Shown: positions 27,882-37,828 of the stretch, in pieces
How the letters are laid out: every line of letters begins with the position of its first letter
How positions within the stretch are numbered: position 1 is the first letter of the stretch
From: Actinomycetota bacterium
Lineage (GTDB): Bacteria > Actinomycetota > Actinomycetes > S36-B12
Assembly: GCA_046091195.1 (NCBI GenBank)
Contig: JBJTBD010000021.1
Location: forward strand, 3,545-67,544
Direction of reading: 5' to 3'
DNA: 64,000 bases
The notes under the pieces: generated by a model
Told to the model about the DNA's origin: nothing
Database searches by the model: none
The model's input: only the letters and a program-made list of their open reading frames with translations
Translations under genes and position numbers: made by a program

Positions 27882-28385
27882 GTGGTGGCCGTCTATGCCC
27901 TGGGAGATCGAGAGCCGAGAATCGCCCCCGATGCGTTCATCAGTCCCGAGGCAGTGATCATCGGAGACGTCGTCATCGGATCGGAGTCCAGTGTGTGGCC
28001 AGGAGCCGTCCTACGTGGCGACCACGGCCGGATCGTGGTCGGCGAACAGACCTCAATCCAGGACGGTGCCGTGCTCCATTGCACGGGAACCGCAGACACG
28101 ATCGTGGGCAACCGGTGCACGATCGGACACAATGCACACCTCGAGGGATGTCACGTGCACGACGATTCCCTCATCGGGAGTGGGGCGGTCGTCCTTGCTC
28201 GCGCACAGATCGGACCGCATGCCCTGGTAGGAGCATCGGCCCTGGTGCCCGAGGGTCGAGTCGTTCCCACCGGGGCCCGGGCACTCGGGGTTCCTGCGAC
28301 CATCACCAACGAGGTTGTTGGTCCGGATGACTCCACCCACATTGTCGAGGCGTTTGTCAGGCAGGTGCTTGGTTACGGGGCCTAA
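27882..28385 (+). CDS. gamma carbonic anhydrase family (left-handed beta-helix, hexapeptide repeat) protein
   Basis: Hexapeptide-repeat pattern: VIIGDVVIGSESSVWPGAVLRGDHGRIVVGEQTSIQDGAVLH...IGHNAHLEGCHVHDDSLIGSGAVV. The start was trimmed to GTG 27882/27885, behind GGCAGGA. Confidence 0.8.
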   Translation: MVAVYALGDREPRIAPDAFISPEAVIIGDVVIGSESSVWPGAVLRGDHGRIVVGEQTSIQDGAVLHCTGTADTIVGNRCTIGHNAHLEGCHVHDDSLIGSGAVVLARAQIGPHALVGASALVPEGRVVPTGARALGVPATITNEVVGPDDSTHIVEAFVRQVLGYGA

Positions 28386-28404
28386 CTCAAGCGACTCGAC
28401 TGAC

Positions 28405-29238
28405 TCAGGGCCCCTGATCGACTCCGAGTGCGAGAAGTCGGTCACGGAGTTCGTCAAATATGGCAGGCATCGCGCACACAACGGTGGTTCCACTCTCCGG
28501 AGTCGACGTAGTCCAGGTTCGTGCCCCGGCCTCCTCCACGATCACGAGTCCAGCTGCATAGTCCCAGGGATGGATGCCGCGCTCGTAGTACGCGTCGATG
28601 CGACCGGATGCCAGCCATGTGAAATCGATCGTTGCACATCCGGTTCGTCGGATATCGCGCACGTGCGCGATTACCCCTTCGAGCACCAATACTTGAGATA
28701 GACGTCGGTCAGGTGCGTAACCGAATCCGGTCGACACGAGGGCTTGATCCAGGCTTGCCGTAGGACGACCCACGATTCGCTCCGCACCATCCCCACGGAT
28801 GCGCCAGGCACCCGAACCGCGGATTCCCACATACGACTCGTGAAGGTCCGGTATGGCGATCACACCCACATCACCGACGCCGTCCGTCTGCACGCCCACC
28901 GACACGCCCCAGGTGGGGATTCCGAACAGGTAGTTCACCGTTCCATCAAGTGGATCGATGATCCATGTGACACCCGAGGTGCCCGAACGCGAACTACCCT
29001 CCTCGCCGAGTATGCCGTCATTGGGGCGCGTACTCCGAATGCGGCTCACGATCATGCTCTCGGAGGAGCGGTCCATCGCGGTAACGACATCCGTAGGTGT
29101 TGACTTGCTAAAGACCTCGAGCTCATCCGGGCGCTCATCCCTGAGGAATGTTCCCGCGTCGTTCGCCACCTCCCATGCGAGACGGGCACACTCATGCATG
29201 TCGAGGAGCGTCGCAAGCGGCATCGTTTCCACGGACAC
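28405..29238 (-). CDS. suhB: inositol monophosphatase family protein
   Basis: Motifs ILGEEG, WIIDPLDGTVNY and WDYAAG. The symbol is given only by synteny with sigA-proximal suhB. A histidinol-phosphatase (HisN) role cannot be excluded. Confidence 0.8.
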   Translation of the reverse strand: MSVETMPLATLLDMHECARLAWEVANDAGTFLRDERPDELEVFSKSTPTDVVTAMDRSSESMIVSRIRSTRPNDGILGEEGSSRSGTSGVTWIIDPLDGTVNYLFGIPTWGVSVGVQTDGVGDVGVIAIPDLHESYVGIRGSGAWRIRGDGAERIVGRPTASLDQALVSTGFGYAPDRRLSQVLVLEGVIAHVRDIRRTGCATIDFTWLASGRIDAYYERGIHPWDYAAGLVIVEEAGARTWTTSTPESGTTVVCAMPAIFDELRDRLLALGVDQGP

Positions 29239-29276
29239 ATCCTGCCGTTCGTGACTATCACGCGGTACGGTGCCTC

Positions 29277-30560
29277 GTGATCGCGAACTACCGAGCAGCC
29301 CTAGATGTGCCCGGGACGGCCGCCTTCACGGGAGCGGCATTCATTGCACGCCTACCCCTTGCTCTCAACGGTCTTGGAATCGTCCTCCTCGTCAGCATCA
29401 CGACCGGCTCGTACGCGCTCGCGGGCGCCCTCTCAGCGGTCTACGCCGTGTGCTCCGCGGGTGGAGGGATCCTGAGTAGTCGCTGGGCGGATGTTCACGG
29501 GCAACGTGGCGTCTTACTTGCCCTTCCGGTCGTCTCTGGTGTGGCGATGATCGGCTTCGTCCTCAGCATCATGGGACCACTCCCCCGGTGGTCTGCATGG
29601 ATCTTTGTCACCCTCACCGCCCTATGCCAGCCGACGGTCGGATCATTCGTTCGAGCGCGGTGGGCATCCGTATCCCCGACCCCCGACATCCGGCGTGCAG
29701 GGTTCGCCTGGGAGAGCATCGTCGATGAGTTGATTTTCTCGATCGGCCCACTCGTGGGCGCCATGACTGCGGTCTCGTTGTGGACCCCGACACCGCTGTT
29801 GCTGTCCGCAGCCCTCCTGCTCATCGGTAGTTGGTGGCTCGGAGGGCAACGCGCAACCCAGCCGCCCCTCCACCGGTCGTCGGGACATACGTCGGGTCGC
29901 TCTGCGCTCGTCACGCCTGGCATCCCGATAGCGATCCTTGTCGCGCTCGGCCTCGGCGTACTTTTCGGAGCATTCGATGTCTCCACCGTTGCCTTCACGG
30001 AACAGGCGGGTAGTGCCGGGGCGGCCGGAGTGGTGCTCGCCCTGTGGGCGGGTGGATCCCTTGTGGGCGGCCTCTACTTCGGCTCGCGTCGCTGGAAGTC
30101 CAGCCTCGGTGTTCAGTTGCGGAATACCGCTGCGCTGCTGTCCGTGGTGATGATCCCGGCCCTTGCCGTCTCATCCGTGCCGTGGCTGATGGTCGTTGCC
30201 TTCCTGGCGGGTATGAGCATCGCCCCGACTCTGATCAGCCTCTTCTCGGTCACCGAGCGCTTGGTCCCGCCACGGTTACTCACGGAGGGCCTCACCTGGG
30301 TCACCGCAGGGCTCTCCGTGGGGTTCGCGGTGGGTTCCGCGTCCGCTGGCGCCATCGTCGATGCCCAGGGCACCCGGATGGCGTTCGGGTTCGCGTGGGC
30401 CGGCGCTGTGTTCTGTGCGATTCTGGGCCTCGCGGCCTTCCGCTACATCGACCGCCATCTGCGCGACGAGATTCCGGAACCCGCGGTGTCGTGGGTCGAG
30501 GATCCAATACCCGGTGCTCTTCCCCCAGCACTGGAATCTCGCGATAGGTTGTCGCCCTAA
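29277..30560 (+). CDS. MFS transporter
   Basis: About 12 TM segments. The N-terminus YRAALDVPGTAAFTGAAFIARLP is typical of actinobacterial MFS proteins. The start was trimmed to GTG 29277 to avoid the divergent suhB-like gene. Confidence 0.8.
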   Translation: MIANYRAALDVPGTAAFTGAAFIARLPLALNGLGIVLLVSITTGSYALAGALSAVYAVCSAGGGILSSRWADVHGQRGVLLALPVVSGVAMIGFVLSIMGPLPRWSAWIFVTLTALCQPTVGSFVRARWASVSPTPDIRRAGFAWESIVDELIFSIGPLVGAMTAVSLWTPTPLLLSAALLLIGSWWLGGQRATQPPLHRSSGHTSGRSALVTPGIPIAILVALGLGVLFGAFDVSTVAFTEQAGSAGAAGVVLALWAGGSLVGGLYFGSRRWKSSLGVQLRNTAALLSVVMIPALAVSSVPWLMVVAFLAGMSIAPTLISLFSVTERLVPPRLLTEGLTWVTAGLSVGFAVGSASAGAIVDAQGTRMAFGFAWAGAVFCAILGLAAFRYIDRHLRDEIPEPAVSWVEDPIPGALPPALESRDRLSP

Positions 30561-30614
30561 CCCGACCGAGGAGTCACCCTGCAGACGCTCAGTCCCCGAG
30601 AGATCCAGGCGCGC

Positions 30615-31175
30615 GTGCGAGCGGGCGCGTCGGTGGAGGATGTCGTGTCGGAGACCGGCTGGCCGGCGGACAAGGTCGCCCGCTACGCCGAACCACCGCT
30701 GCGGGAGCGGGCCTACATCGTCGAGCTTGCCCAGCGTGCGTACGTCCGAGGCACCACAGGCACCACAGTCCTCCTGGATCTGGTGGCTGACACCTGGCGA
30801 GGGGCGACCTGGGACGCGTATCGCGCTGAGGACGGACGCTGGCGGGTGACCGCGTCACTCGATCGTCAGCACGCGACATGGATCTACGATCCGGCGGGAC
30901 GTTCGGTCCAGGCGGTGGACACCGGAGCATCACGGATCCTCGGTGTGGACGTGGCGGTCGCCGAGCCTGCCCCCGCACCCACCCTGACACCCGTCGCGGA
31001 GCGACCCACACTCATGGCCGTCCCGACTCCACCCGTGCAACCGCCGCCAACCGTTCCACCGTTGTCGACTGCACAGAACGAGGAACCGCGCACCGCGAAG
31101 AAGAGTCGTCGGGGTCGTGCGCGGGTGCCGAGTTGGGATGAAATCCTCTTCGGAGCCACTCGCTCGGAGGACTAG
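30615..31175 (+). CDS. sepH: septation protein SepH-like (DUF3071), N-terminally short
   Basis: The HTH-like segment (REIQARVRAGASVEDVVSETGWPADKVARYAEPPLRERAYIVELAQ) and the C-terminal KKSRRGRARVPSWDEILFG motif match remembered SepH features. GTG 30615 is the first canonical start, but homology and a strong SD point to CTG 30579 (see findings). Confidence 0.75.
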   Translation: MRAGASVEDVVSETGWPADKVARYAEPPLRERAYIVELAQRAYVRGTTGTTVLLDLVADTWRGATWDAYRAEDGRWRVTASLDRQHATWIYDPAGRSVQAVDTGASRILGVDVAVAEPAPAPTLTPVAERPTLMAVPTPPVQPPPTVPPLSTAQNEEPRTAKKSRRGRARVPSWDEILFGATRSED

Positions 31176-31825
31176 GTCGCGAAGGGAAGCGGCTGGGGCG
31201 ATACATGCTCGCGCGAGGCACGTGCCGCTGTGAGCCGGGAACGGTAGTGGCGCCTGCACAACACCTCGTACGCGACCGAAGCGGCGCCCGGCCCATGGGA
31301 GACGTCCCCGACGAGCACTTGGTCACCCTCGGTGGTCATTTCACCGTTGAGCGTTCGGGCATTGTGAATGGCGCGGGCGCCACACCAGCACAGTGCCTCG
31401 ACTTGGAGAACGTGCACACGATCCGCCAACTCCACGAGGCGTGCGGACCCCGGAAACAGACGCGTGCGGAAGTCCGTCATGATGCCGAAGGCGTAGACGT
31501 CAATGGCCAATTCATCCACCACACGAGCGAGCTGCTCGACGTGCTCCTCGGAGTAGAACTGAGCCTCATCGCAGATGAGGTAGTCCACCCGCTCGCCCGT
31601 GGACAGGAGGTCCACGACGATTCGGCGGAAGTCCACCGCGTCGTCAACCTCGACGGCGTCGACGGCGAGTCCGAGCCGACTCGAGAGTTGGTTCGTGCCC
31701 GCCCGATCCAACTTCGTGAAGACCAGCCCGCTGCGTCCACGCGACCTGTGGTTGTGGTCCGTCTGCAGCGCGAGCGTCGACTTTCCACAATCCATGGTGC
31801 CCGCATAGAAAATCAGCTCCGCCAC
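31172..31825 (-). CDS. tdk: thymidine kinase
   Basis: P-loop FYAGTMDCGKST, followed by DEAQF and a C-terminal zinc-ribbon cysteine pair context (ALCWCG...VLCRRHY). GTG 31825 lies behind AGGA. The track start is 31843. Confidence 0.9.
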   Translation of the reverse strand: MAELIFYAGTMDCGKSTLALQTDHNHRSRGRSGLVFTKLDRAGTNQLSSRLGLAVDAVEVDDAVDFRRIVVDLLSTGERVDYLICDEAQFYSEEHVEQLARVVDELAIDVYAFGIMTDFRTRLFPGSARLVELADRVHVLQVEALCWCGARAIHNARTLNGEMTTEGDQVLVGDVSHGPGAASVAYEVLCRRHYRSRLTAARASREHVSPQPLPFAT

Positions 31826-31851
31826 CGCGGAATCCTGACACACGCAGCGCT

Positions 31852-32952
31852 TCAGTCCCGAGTTAACACCGCGAGTGGCACCCAGCGTTCCTCGTCGGTC
31901 CAGGAACCGTGCTGTCCGGGAAGGGACGAGATGCGCGGGTCGATACTGGGGCAGCTCACCATGGCATCACCCGTTGCCAGGACGAGTAGATCACCGAGAC
32001 GCTCGGAGGCGAATCCCTCGAAAGCCCCCATGAGACCCGAATCGCGTACCTGACGCCGGGTCAGGACGTCGAAGTCCGGGGCCAGGCGCTCTCGCCATCT
32101 GCGCACCGTCTCGGCCAGGTCAGTGCCGCTCTCCAGGTACACGAGACGGCAGCGTGGCTCCCCACTAACGAGGGCGACGCCCTGATGGAGTTCGGACATG
32201 TCATCCCAGCGCAGACGCCGCTCCGGCGGGCAGTTCACCATGCCGTGGTCAGACGTCACCATGAGCAGGGCCTCCGAGCGGAGTACGTCCCGGATCCCGG
32301 ACAACAGCAGCCCCACGCGGTCGAGGCCTGCACGCCACTCCGGATGCCCCACGCCGCGGGCATGACCGATGCGGTCGAGCTCCGGCCAGTAGACATACGT
32401 GAAACTTGGTGCACCAGAATCCTGGATTCGCTGAATCTGGTCCACGTAGTCCCGGATCTCCCGGGCACCGTGATACGCCGGCCCGCGGAGTGCGGCGCGA
32501 GTGAGGCCACTGTGGGCGTATTCCATGGGGCCGACCGTGTGACACGCGATTCCATGGCGCGACATCACTTCCAGGATCGTCGGCTCGACCTGAATAGCTT
32601 CGGGGATGGGTTCACTCCCCCAGTGCAGCGGTGACAACACCTGCCCCGTCTCGGGGAGCACGAACGACGCCGCGACCATGCCGTGCGTCCCGGGCATGGA
32701 CCCGGTCCCCAACGAGGTCAGCGCCACCGCCGTCGTGGTGGGGAGGACGGAGGAGATTTCCTGGACGCGACCCATTGCCAGCCAGTCGGGACCCTGGCGC
32801 ATCAACGCCCCATAGCCCAAGCCGTCCACGAGCAGGCAGATGAGGGCGGAAGGTCTCCCCAGGCCGAAGACGTCACGGAACCCCGGACATCCCATGGCCG
32901 CGGCCGCGCTCGGAAGGACGTCGGCGAGAGACGCCTCAGCGAAGTCGGGCAC
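31852..32952 (-). CDS. alkaline-phosphatase-superfamily protein (nucleotide pyrophosphatase/phosphodiesterase-like)
   Basis: Motifs LLVDGLGYGAL, PTTTAVALTSLGTGSMPGTHG, YWPELDRIGH and TSDHGM are metal-ligand motifs of the AlkP/NPP superfamily. The start was tentatively set to GTG 32952, overlapping the DUF5998 stop by 17 nt. Confidence 0.7.
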   Translation of the reverse strand: MPDFAEASLADVLPSAAAAMGCPGFRDVFGLGRPSALICLLVDGLGYGALMRQGPDWLAMGRVQEISSVLPTTTAVALTSLGTGSMPGTHGMVAASFVLPETGQVLSPLHWGSEPIPEAIQVEPTILEVMSRHGIACHTVGPMEYAHSGLTRAALRGPAYHGAREIRDYVDQIQRIQDSGAPSFTYVYWPELDRIGHARGVGHPEWRAGLDRVGLLLSGIRDVLRSEALLMVTSDHGMVNCPPERRLRWDDMSELHQGVALVSGEPRCRLVYLESGTDLAETVRRWRERLAPDFDVLTRRQVRDSGLMGAFEGFASERLGDLLVLATGDAMVSCPSIDPRISSLPGQHGSWTDEERWVPLAVLTRD

Positions 32953-33520
32953 TTGTCGCGTGGGACAACTCGGCGGCGAAGGCGAGAACCTGTGCAACAA
33001 CATCCCAACCATCGGCAGCGGTACTCACCCGGAGGGAGAAGTCGTCGTTACTCGAGGTGCCGGTGAGCCCATGATCCGCGTCGCACGCAGGGTCACCGCA
33101 GGTCGCGGGCTCCAGCTCGATTCGGCTCACCGCACCCCACCCGATGGTGAGGACAACTTCGGACGCCGGACCGCCGAGGCGGTACGAGGTCGGATCCGGG
33201 ACAACGCGCGTCACCACCACAGAGTCGACACGCTCGAGGCGGACGGCCTCCGTGGACGTGCTTGCATAGGCCGGAACCTCTGGCTGTTCCGACGCATGGT
33301 CGTCCGTGTGTCCCACGATGAGCCTGGTGGGCGTGAGGGCCAGCACAGTGACATGCCGACGAAGCTCGTCGCGGTCGAAAGTGGCTTCGTGGTGGACCAC
33401 ATACGACCGAAGTTCCTCACCCCCGAGCGCCGTGTCGAGGGCATCCGACACGATGTCCGGGTAATAGCCACTGCGCTCGATGTCGTGGCGCAACGCCTGG
33501 CGCGCCGCGGGTGAGGCCAT
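32936..33520 (-). CDS. DUF5998-family protein
   Basis: Sequence LRHDIERSGYYPDIVSDALDTALGGEELRSYVVHHEATFDRDELRRHVTVLALTPTRLIVGHTDD...TSTEAVRLERVDSVVVTRVV...VVLTIGWGAVSRIELEPATCGDPACDADHG closely parallels DUF5998 sequences as I remember them. Confidence 0.7.
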   Translation of the reverse strand: MASPAARQALRHDIERSGYYPDIVSDALDTALGGEELRSYVVHHEATFDRDELRRHVTVLALTPTRLIVGHTDDHASEQPEVPAYASTSTEAVRLERVDSVVVTRVVPDPTSYRLGGPASEVVLTIGWGAVSRIELEPATCGDPACDADHGLTGTSSNDDFSLRVSTAADGWDVVAQVLAFAAELSHATSARLR

Positions 33521-33582
33521 ACCCGCATCCTGTCAATCCTCATCCTGCGATGGGGAGTCGGGGCCACCGCTACTGTCTCACT

Positions 33583-34491
33583 GTGAAGTCGGCGTTCGTT
33601 CTTGCCCCTGAAGTGGCGGAGGCGCTCTCGGCCGGAGCTCCCGTCGTGGCTCTGGAGTCGACCATCATCAGCCACGGACTGCCGCACCCGGAGAACGTCC
33701 GGGTGGCCACCCTCGTGCACGAGACTGTTCGCTCCCGTGGAGCGGTGCCGGCGACCATCGCCATCCTGGACGGGCGGATCCGAATCGGACTCACGGATGA
33801 CCAGATCACCGAGATCGGGACCCGGGACGATGTCATCAAGGCGAGCGTGCGTGACCTCCTGCCACTCGTGGGTCGCGGCGGCAGTGGTTCGACCACCGTC
33901 GCCTCCACGAGCCTCATCGCCGCGGAGTGTGGGCTCACGGTTTTCGCCACGGGTGGCCTGGGTGGTGTGCACCGCCAGGCGCGGGATAGCTGGGATGAAT
34001 CCGCCGATCTCACCACCCTGAGCTCCACACCGATCACCGTCGTCTGCTCCGGTGTGAAATCCATCCTCGACGTCTCGGCAACCCTCGAGCGCCTGGAAAC
34101 GTTGAACGTGACTGTTGTCGGATACCAAACGTCGCGATTCCCAGGGTTCTACCTGTCGGATTCTGGTCACGATGTCACCTGGACGGTTCAGGATCCAGGC
34201 GAGGTCGCAGCCATGATGCGTGTCCGTGCCGAGATTGGAGTGACCTCCGCACTCGTCGTCGGCAACCCGATTCCGGTCACCGCGCAGCTCGATCCCGATC
34301 TCCACGACGCCGTCCTTGCAGACGGGCTCGCTCGGGCACACGACCGCGGTATTTCTGGCAAGGACGTGACCCCTTTCCTTCTCGACCATTTCCATCGCGC
34401 GACCCACGGCGCCAGCCTCACTGTTAACTCGGAGTTGATCGTGGATAACGCAGATCTCGCGGCGCGTATCGCCGTCGCCGCCTCCCGGTGA
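33583..34491 (+). CDS. psuG: pseudouridine-5'-phosphate glycosidase
   Basis: Motifs VVALESTIISHGLPHPEN, GGLGGVHR and VVCSGVKSILD. The start was trimmed to GTG 33583. ATG 33550 is an alternative. Confidence 0.9.
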   Translation: MKSAFVLAPEVAEALSAGAPVVALESTIISHGLPHPENVRVATLVHETVRSRGAVPATIAILDGRIRIGLTDDQITEIGTRDDVIKASVRDLLPLVGRGGSGSTTVASTSLIAAECGLTVFATGGLGGVHRQARDSWDESADLTTLSSTPITVVCSGVKSILDVSATLERLETLNVTVVGYQTSRFPGFYLSDSGHDVTWTVQDPGEVAAMMRVRAEIGVTSALVVGNPIPVTAQLDPDLHDAVLADGLARAHDRGISGKDVTPFLLDHFHRATHGASLTVNSELIVDNADLAARIAVAASR

Positions 34492-35369
34492 TGTCTCTGC
34501 CGCGCGTCATCACGGTGATCGGGGATATCGCACGCGATGTCAACGTGCACGTGGATGTTCCGGTACCCCTTGGTCTTGTACCTGCCGGCGATACCCCGGC
34601 TCGCATCCGTATGGGACTCGGCGGATCGGCCACCGCCACCGCCGCGTGGCTGGCGCATGTGGGGCACGCGGTGCGACTCGTGGGGGCTCGCGGTGACGAT
34701 CGTGCCGGCACGGCCTCCCTGGAGGAGCTACGTCACTTGAGGGTTGAGCCACAACTGGACGTCATACCCGGTACTCCCACAGGGACTGTCATCGTGATCG
34801 TGGATCCCCATGGTGAGCGCACCATGCTGCCCGATGCGGGTGCGAATGCGGCGCTGTCCGCGGCATGGTGTCTCAGTGCGCTGACCGGGGAGCACCTGCA
34901 CGTCTCTGCATACCCGTGGTTCCGCCACGATTCTCGGCGAACCATCGAGGCAGCGATCGAGGGTGCACACGATCAAGGAATGAGCGTGTCGATCGATCTC
35001 AATTCCTACAGCCTCGTGCGTGAGAACCTGGACCCCCTCCTGGCCCTGCTAGCCCGTGTCGACATCGTCTTCGCCAACGACGAGGAGTGGCGCGCACTCA
35101 ACGAGCGATGGGCAATGCCGCGTGAGTGCGTCGTCGTGGTGAAGATGGGGGCAGAAGGTGCCCGGTGGAGCGCGGGGGGAGACACGGGGACCGCTTCCGC
35201 GATTCCCGTGCGGATGGTCGATTCCACGGGTACGGGTGATGCCTTTGCAGCCGGTTTCCTCCATGCCTGGGTAGACGGCGCGAGTGTCGCCGACTCCGCT
35301 GTGGCCGGCAATCAGCTCGCAGCCGTCTGCGCCACACGTGTCGGTCCTGCACCGGAGTTCCCCGATTGA
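34488..35369 (+). CDS. PfkB-family carbohydrate/nucleoside kinase (pseudouridine-kinase-like by context)
   Basis: The start overlaps the psuG stop. The PfkB C-terminal motif VDSTGTGDAFAAGF is present. The substrate is inferred only from coupling to psuG. Confidence 0.75.
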   Translation: MMSLPRVITVIGDIARDVNVHVDVPVPLGLVPAGDTPARIRMGLGGSATATAAWLAHVGHAVRLVGARGDDRAGTASLEELRHLRVEPQLDVIPGTPTGTVIVIVDPHGERTMLPDAGANAALSAAWCLSALTGEHLHVSAYPWFRHDSRRTIEAAIEGAHDQGMSVSIDLNSYSLVRENLDPLLALLARVDIVFANDEEWRALNERWAMPRECVVVVKMGAEGARWSAGGDTGTASAIPVRMVDSTGTGDAFAAGFLHAWVDGASVADSAVAGNQLAAVCATRVGPAPEFPD

Positions 35370-35398
35370 GAGAATGACGGACCCGGGGAAGGAGAGCG

Positions 35399-37828
35399 AT
35401 GGCTCGCGGCACAGGTGCCGACCCGACGCGTACGACGGATGTCGATGTCTCCGAGGAGATGCGCGTCTCGTTCTTGGAGTATGCCTACTCGGTTATCTAC
35501 GCACGTGCGCTCCCAGACGCACGCGATGGATTGAAGCCTGTCCAGAGGCGCATTCTCTTTCAGATGGCGCAGATGGGGCTCCGCCCCGATCGCGGCCACG
35601 TCAAGTCGGCGCGCGTCGTCGGGGAGGTCATGGGTCGGCTTCACCCACACGGTGATTCCGCTATCTACGACGCACTGGTGCGGCTTGCTCAACCCTTCTC
35701 TCTGCGACTCCCCCTCGTCGACGGGCACGGGAACTTCGGCACTCCCGATGACGGACCCGCGGCGATGCGCTACACGGAGGCGCGACTCGCCCCCGCCGCC
35801 TTGGACCTGACCGCATCCCTCGATGAGGATGTCGTGGACTTCACTCTCAACTACGACGGGCGCGAGCGCGAGCCGGTGGTTCTCCCCGCGGCGTTCCCCA
35901 ATCTGCTTGTCAACGGGGCCAGCGGGATCGCCGTGGGAATGGCCACAACCCTGGTCCCACACAATCTCGTCGAGGTGGTCGCGGCCGCCCGTCATCTGCT
36001 CGCCTCGCCGAGTGCAACCCTGGCAGATCTCCGCCGGCTTGTCCCAGGGCCCGACTTCCCCGGCGGCGGCGTCATTGTGGGTCTCGACGGTGTCGCCGAT
36101 GCCTACGCCACAGGCCGTGGCAGTTTCCGCGTACGCGCCCGCACACGCATAGAGCACGTGACTCCACGACGCCGCGGCATCGTCGTCACCGAACTACCTC
36201 CCAATGTGGGCCCCGAACGCGTCATCGAGAAAATCAAAGACGCCGTGGGCGCCAAGCGACTGACAGGTATCTCCGACGTGGTCGACCTGAGCGATGGCGA
36301 GCATGGGCTGCAGCTCGTTATCGAGCTCAAGAGTGGAGTGTCGCCCGAGGCGATCCTCGAGGACCTCTATCGCCTCACCCCGCTCGAAGACACGGTCTCC
36401 ATCAATGCGGTTGCCCTTGTAGATGGTGAACCGCGCACCCTCGGCATGGTCGACCTTCTGCGGGTGTTCCTCGACCATCGACTCGATGTCGTGCTTCGTC
36501 GGAGCAGCCACCGGCGAACTCGAGCCGAGGAACGCCTACATCTCGTCGAGGGCCTGATCGTTGGCATCGTCGACATCGACGAGGTCATTGCTGTCATCAG
36601 GAGCAGCGATGACACGGCGGAAGCTCGGTCCCGACTCGGGACTGTTTTCGAATTGTCGGAGACCCAGGCTTCCTACATCCTCGACATGCCATTGCGTCGC
36701 TTGACCAAGTTCTCCCGTATCGAGCTCGAAACGGAGGCGGATGAGTTGCGCAGCGCCATCGATCGTCTCCGGTCCATCGTGGAGGACGAGGCCCTGTTGC
36801 GTGCTGAAGTCGATGGTGAGCTTGAGGCTGTCGCGCAGTCACACGGATCCCCACGACGCACTCTCCTGCTCGAAGGCTCGATCTCCCCGGTGCCACGATC
36901 GAGCCCGACGGAGATTACCGACGAGCCCTGCGTCGTCCTCCTCTCGTCCACCGGGCTCGTGGCACGGGTTTCCGAGATCACCCCTCGCCCGGATGCTCCA
37001 CGGGCGCCACACGACGTTCTGATCGCCGCCGTTCCGGCGCGCACCCGGAGTTCGGTCGGTGTCGTGACGTCGCGTGGTCGGATTCACCGGCTCGCTGTTG
37101 TCGATCTACCCGCCCTACCAGCCACCTCCGGTACACCCAGCCTCGGTGCTGGCTCGCCGCTGGGCGCCCTGGTCACGTTCGACGCATCCGAGTCCGTCGT
37201 GGGCCTCGTTCCCCTGGACGGTGACTCGGGCCTGTTTCTGGCCACCGCGAGTGGGGTCGTCAAACGAGTGTCCGACGAGTTTCCACGTCACAAGTCCGCA
37301 TGGGACGTCATCCGGCTCGAACCCGATGATCAGGTCGTCTCGGCGCAGTGGCTTCCCGACCAGGAAGCAGAGAGGGGGAGCGTCGTTCTCATCACCGCAG
37401 GCGGCCAGCTCCTGCATTTCCCTGTGGCAAAGATCCGCCCCCAGGGCAGGTCGGCCGGGGGGATGCTGGGGATCACGCTGTCCGACGGTGATGAGCTTCG
37501 ATGTGCTCGGGTGGTTGATGCCGCAGGCGATGTCGCCGTCGTGACCGTCGCCGGATCTGCGTCCGCTCTCCCGGGAACCGAACTCGGGTCCGTGAAAGTC
37601 ACCGCTCTCAGTGCCTATCCCGCAAAGGGCCGTGGGACGCAGGGTGTGAAGTGCCACCGGTTTAAGAAGGGTGAGGACACGGTGACCCGGGCCTGGTGTG
37701 GTGTCCGCCCCGTGCGGGCGTGCACCGTGTCCGGTACGCCCGTGGACCTACCGGACGTCGACGATCGGCGTGACGGCACCGGTGCGATTCCCCACGCTCC
37801 CATCGACGCGATGGGGACCAGCCTGTGA
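35399..37828 (+). CDS. parC: type IIA DNA topoisomerase subunit A (topoisomerase IV ParC-like)
   Basis: 809 aa with [44 protein letters not shown] and the active-site context [11 protein letters not shown] beta-pinwheel C-terminal domain follows. ParC versus GyrA is inferred from context (away from oriC, near sigA), not proven. Confidence 0.85.
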   Translation: MARGTGADPTRTTDVDVSEEMRVSFLEYAYSVIYARALPDARDGLKPVQRRILFQMAQMGLRPDRGHVKSARVVGEVMGRLHPHGDSAIYDALVRLAQPFSLRLPLVDGHGNFGTPDDGPAAMRYTEARLAPAALDLTASLDEDVVDFTLNYDGREREPVVLPAAFPNLLVNGASGIAVGMATTLVPHNLVEVVAAARHLLASPSATLADLRRLVPGPDFPGGGVIVGLDGVADAYATGRGSFRVRARTRIEHVTPRRRGIVVTELPPNVGPERVIEKIKDAVGAKRLTGISDVVDLSDGEHGLQLVIELKSGVSPEAILEDLYRLTPLEDTVSINAVALVDGEPRTLGMVDLLRVFLDHRLDVVLRRSSHRRTRAEERLHLVEGLIVGIVDIDEVIAVIRSSDDTAEARSRLGTVFELSETQASYILDMPLRRLTKFSRIELETEADELRSAIDRLRSIVEDEALLRAEVDGELEAVAQSHGSPRRTLLLEGSISPVPRSSPTEITDEPCVVLLSSTGLVARVSEITPRPDAPRAPHDVLIAAVPARTRSSVGVVTSRGRIHRLAVVDLPALPATSGTPSLGAGSPLGALVTFDASESVVGLVPLDGDSGLFLATASGVVKRVSDEFPRHKSAWDVIRLEPDDQVVSAQWLPDQEAERGSVVLITAGGQLLHFPVAKIRPQGRSAGGMLGITLSDGDELRCARVVDAAGDVAVVTVAGSASALPGTELGSVKVTALSAYPAKGRGTQGVKCHRFKKGEDTVTRAWCGVRPVRACTVSGTPVDLPDVDDRRDGTGAIPHAPIDAMGTSL

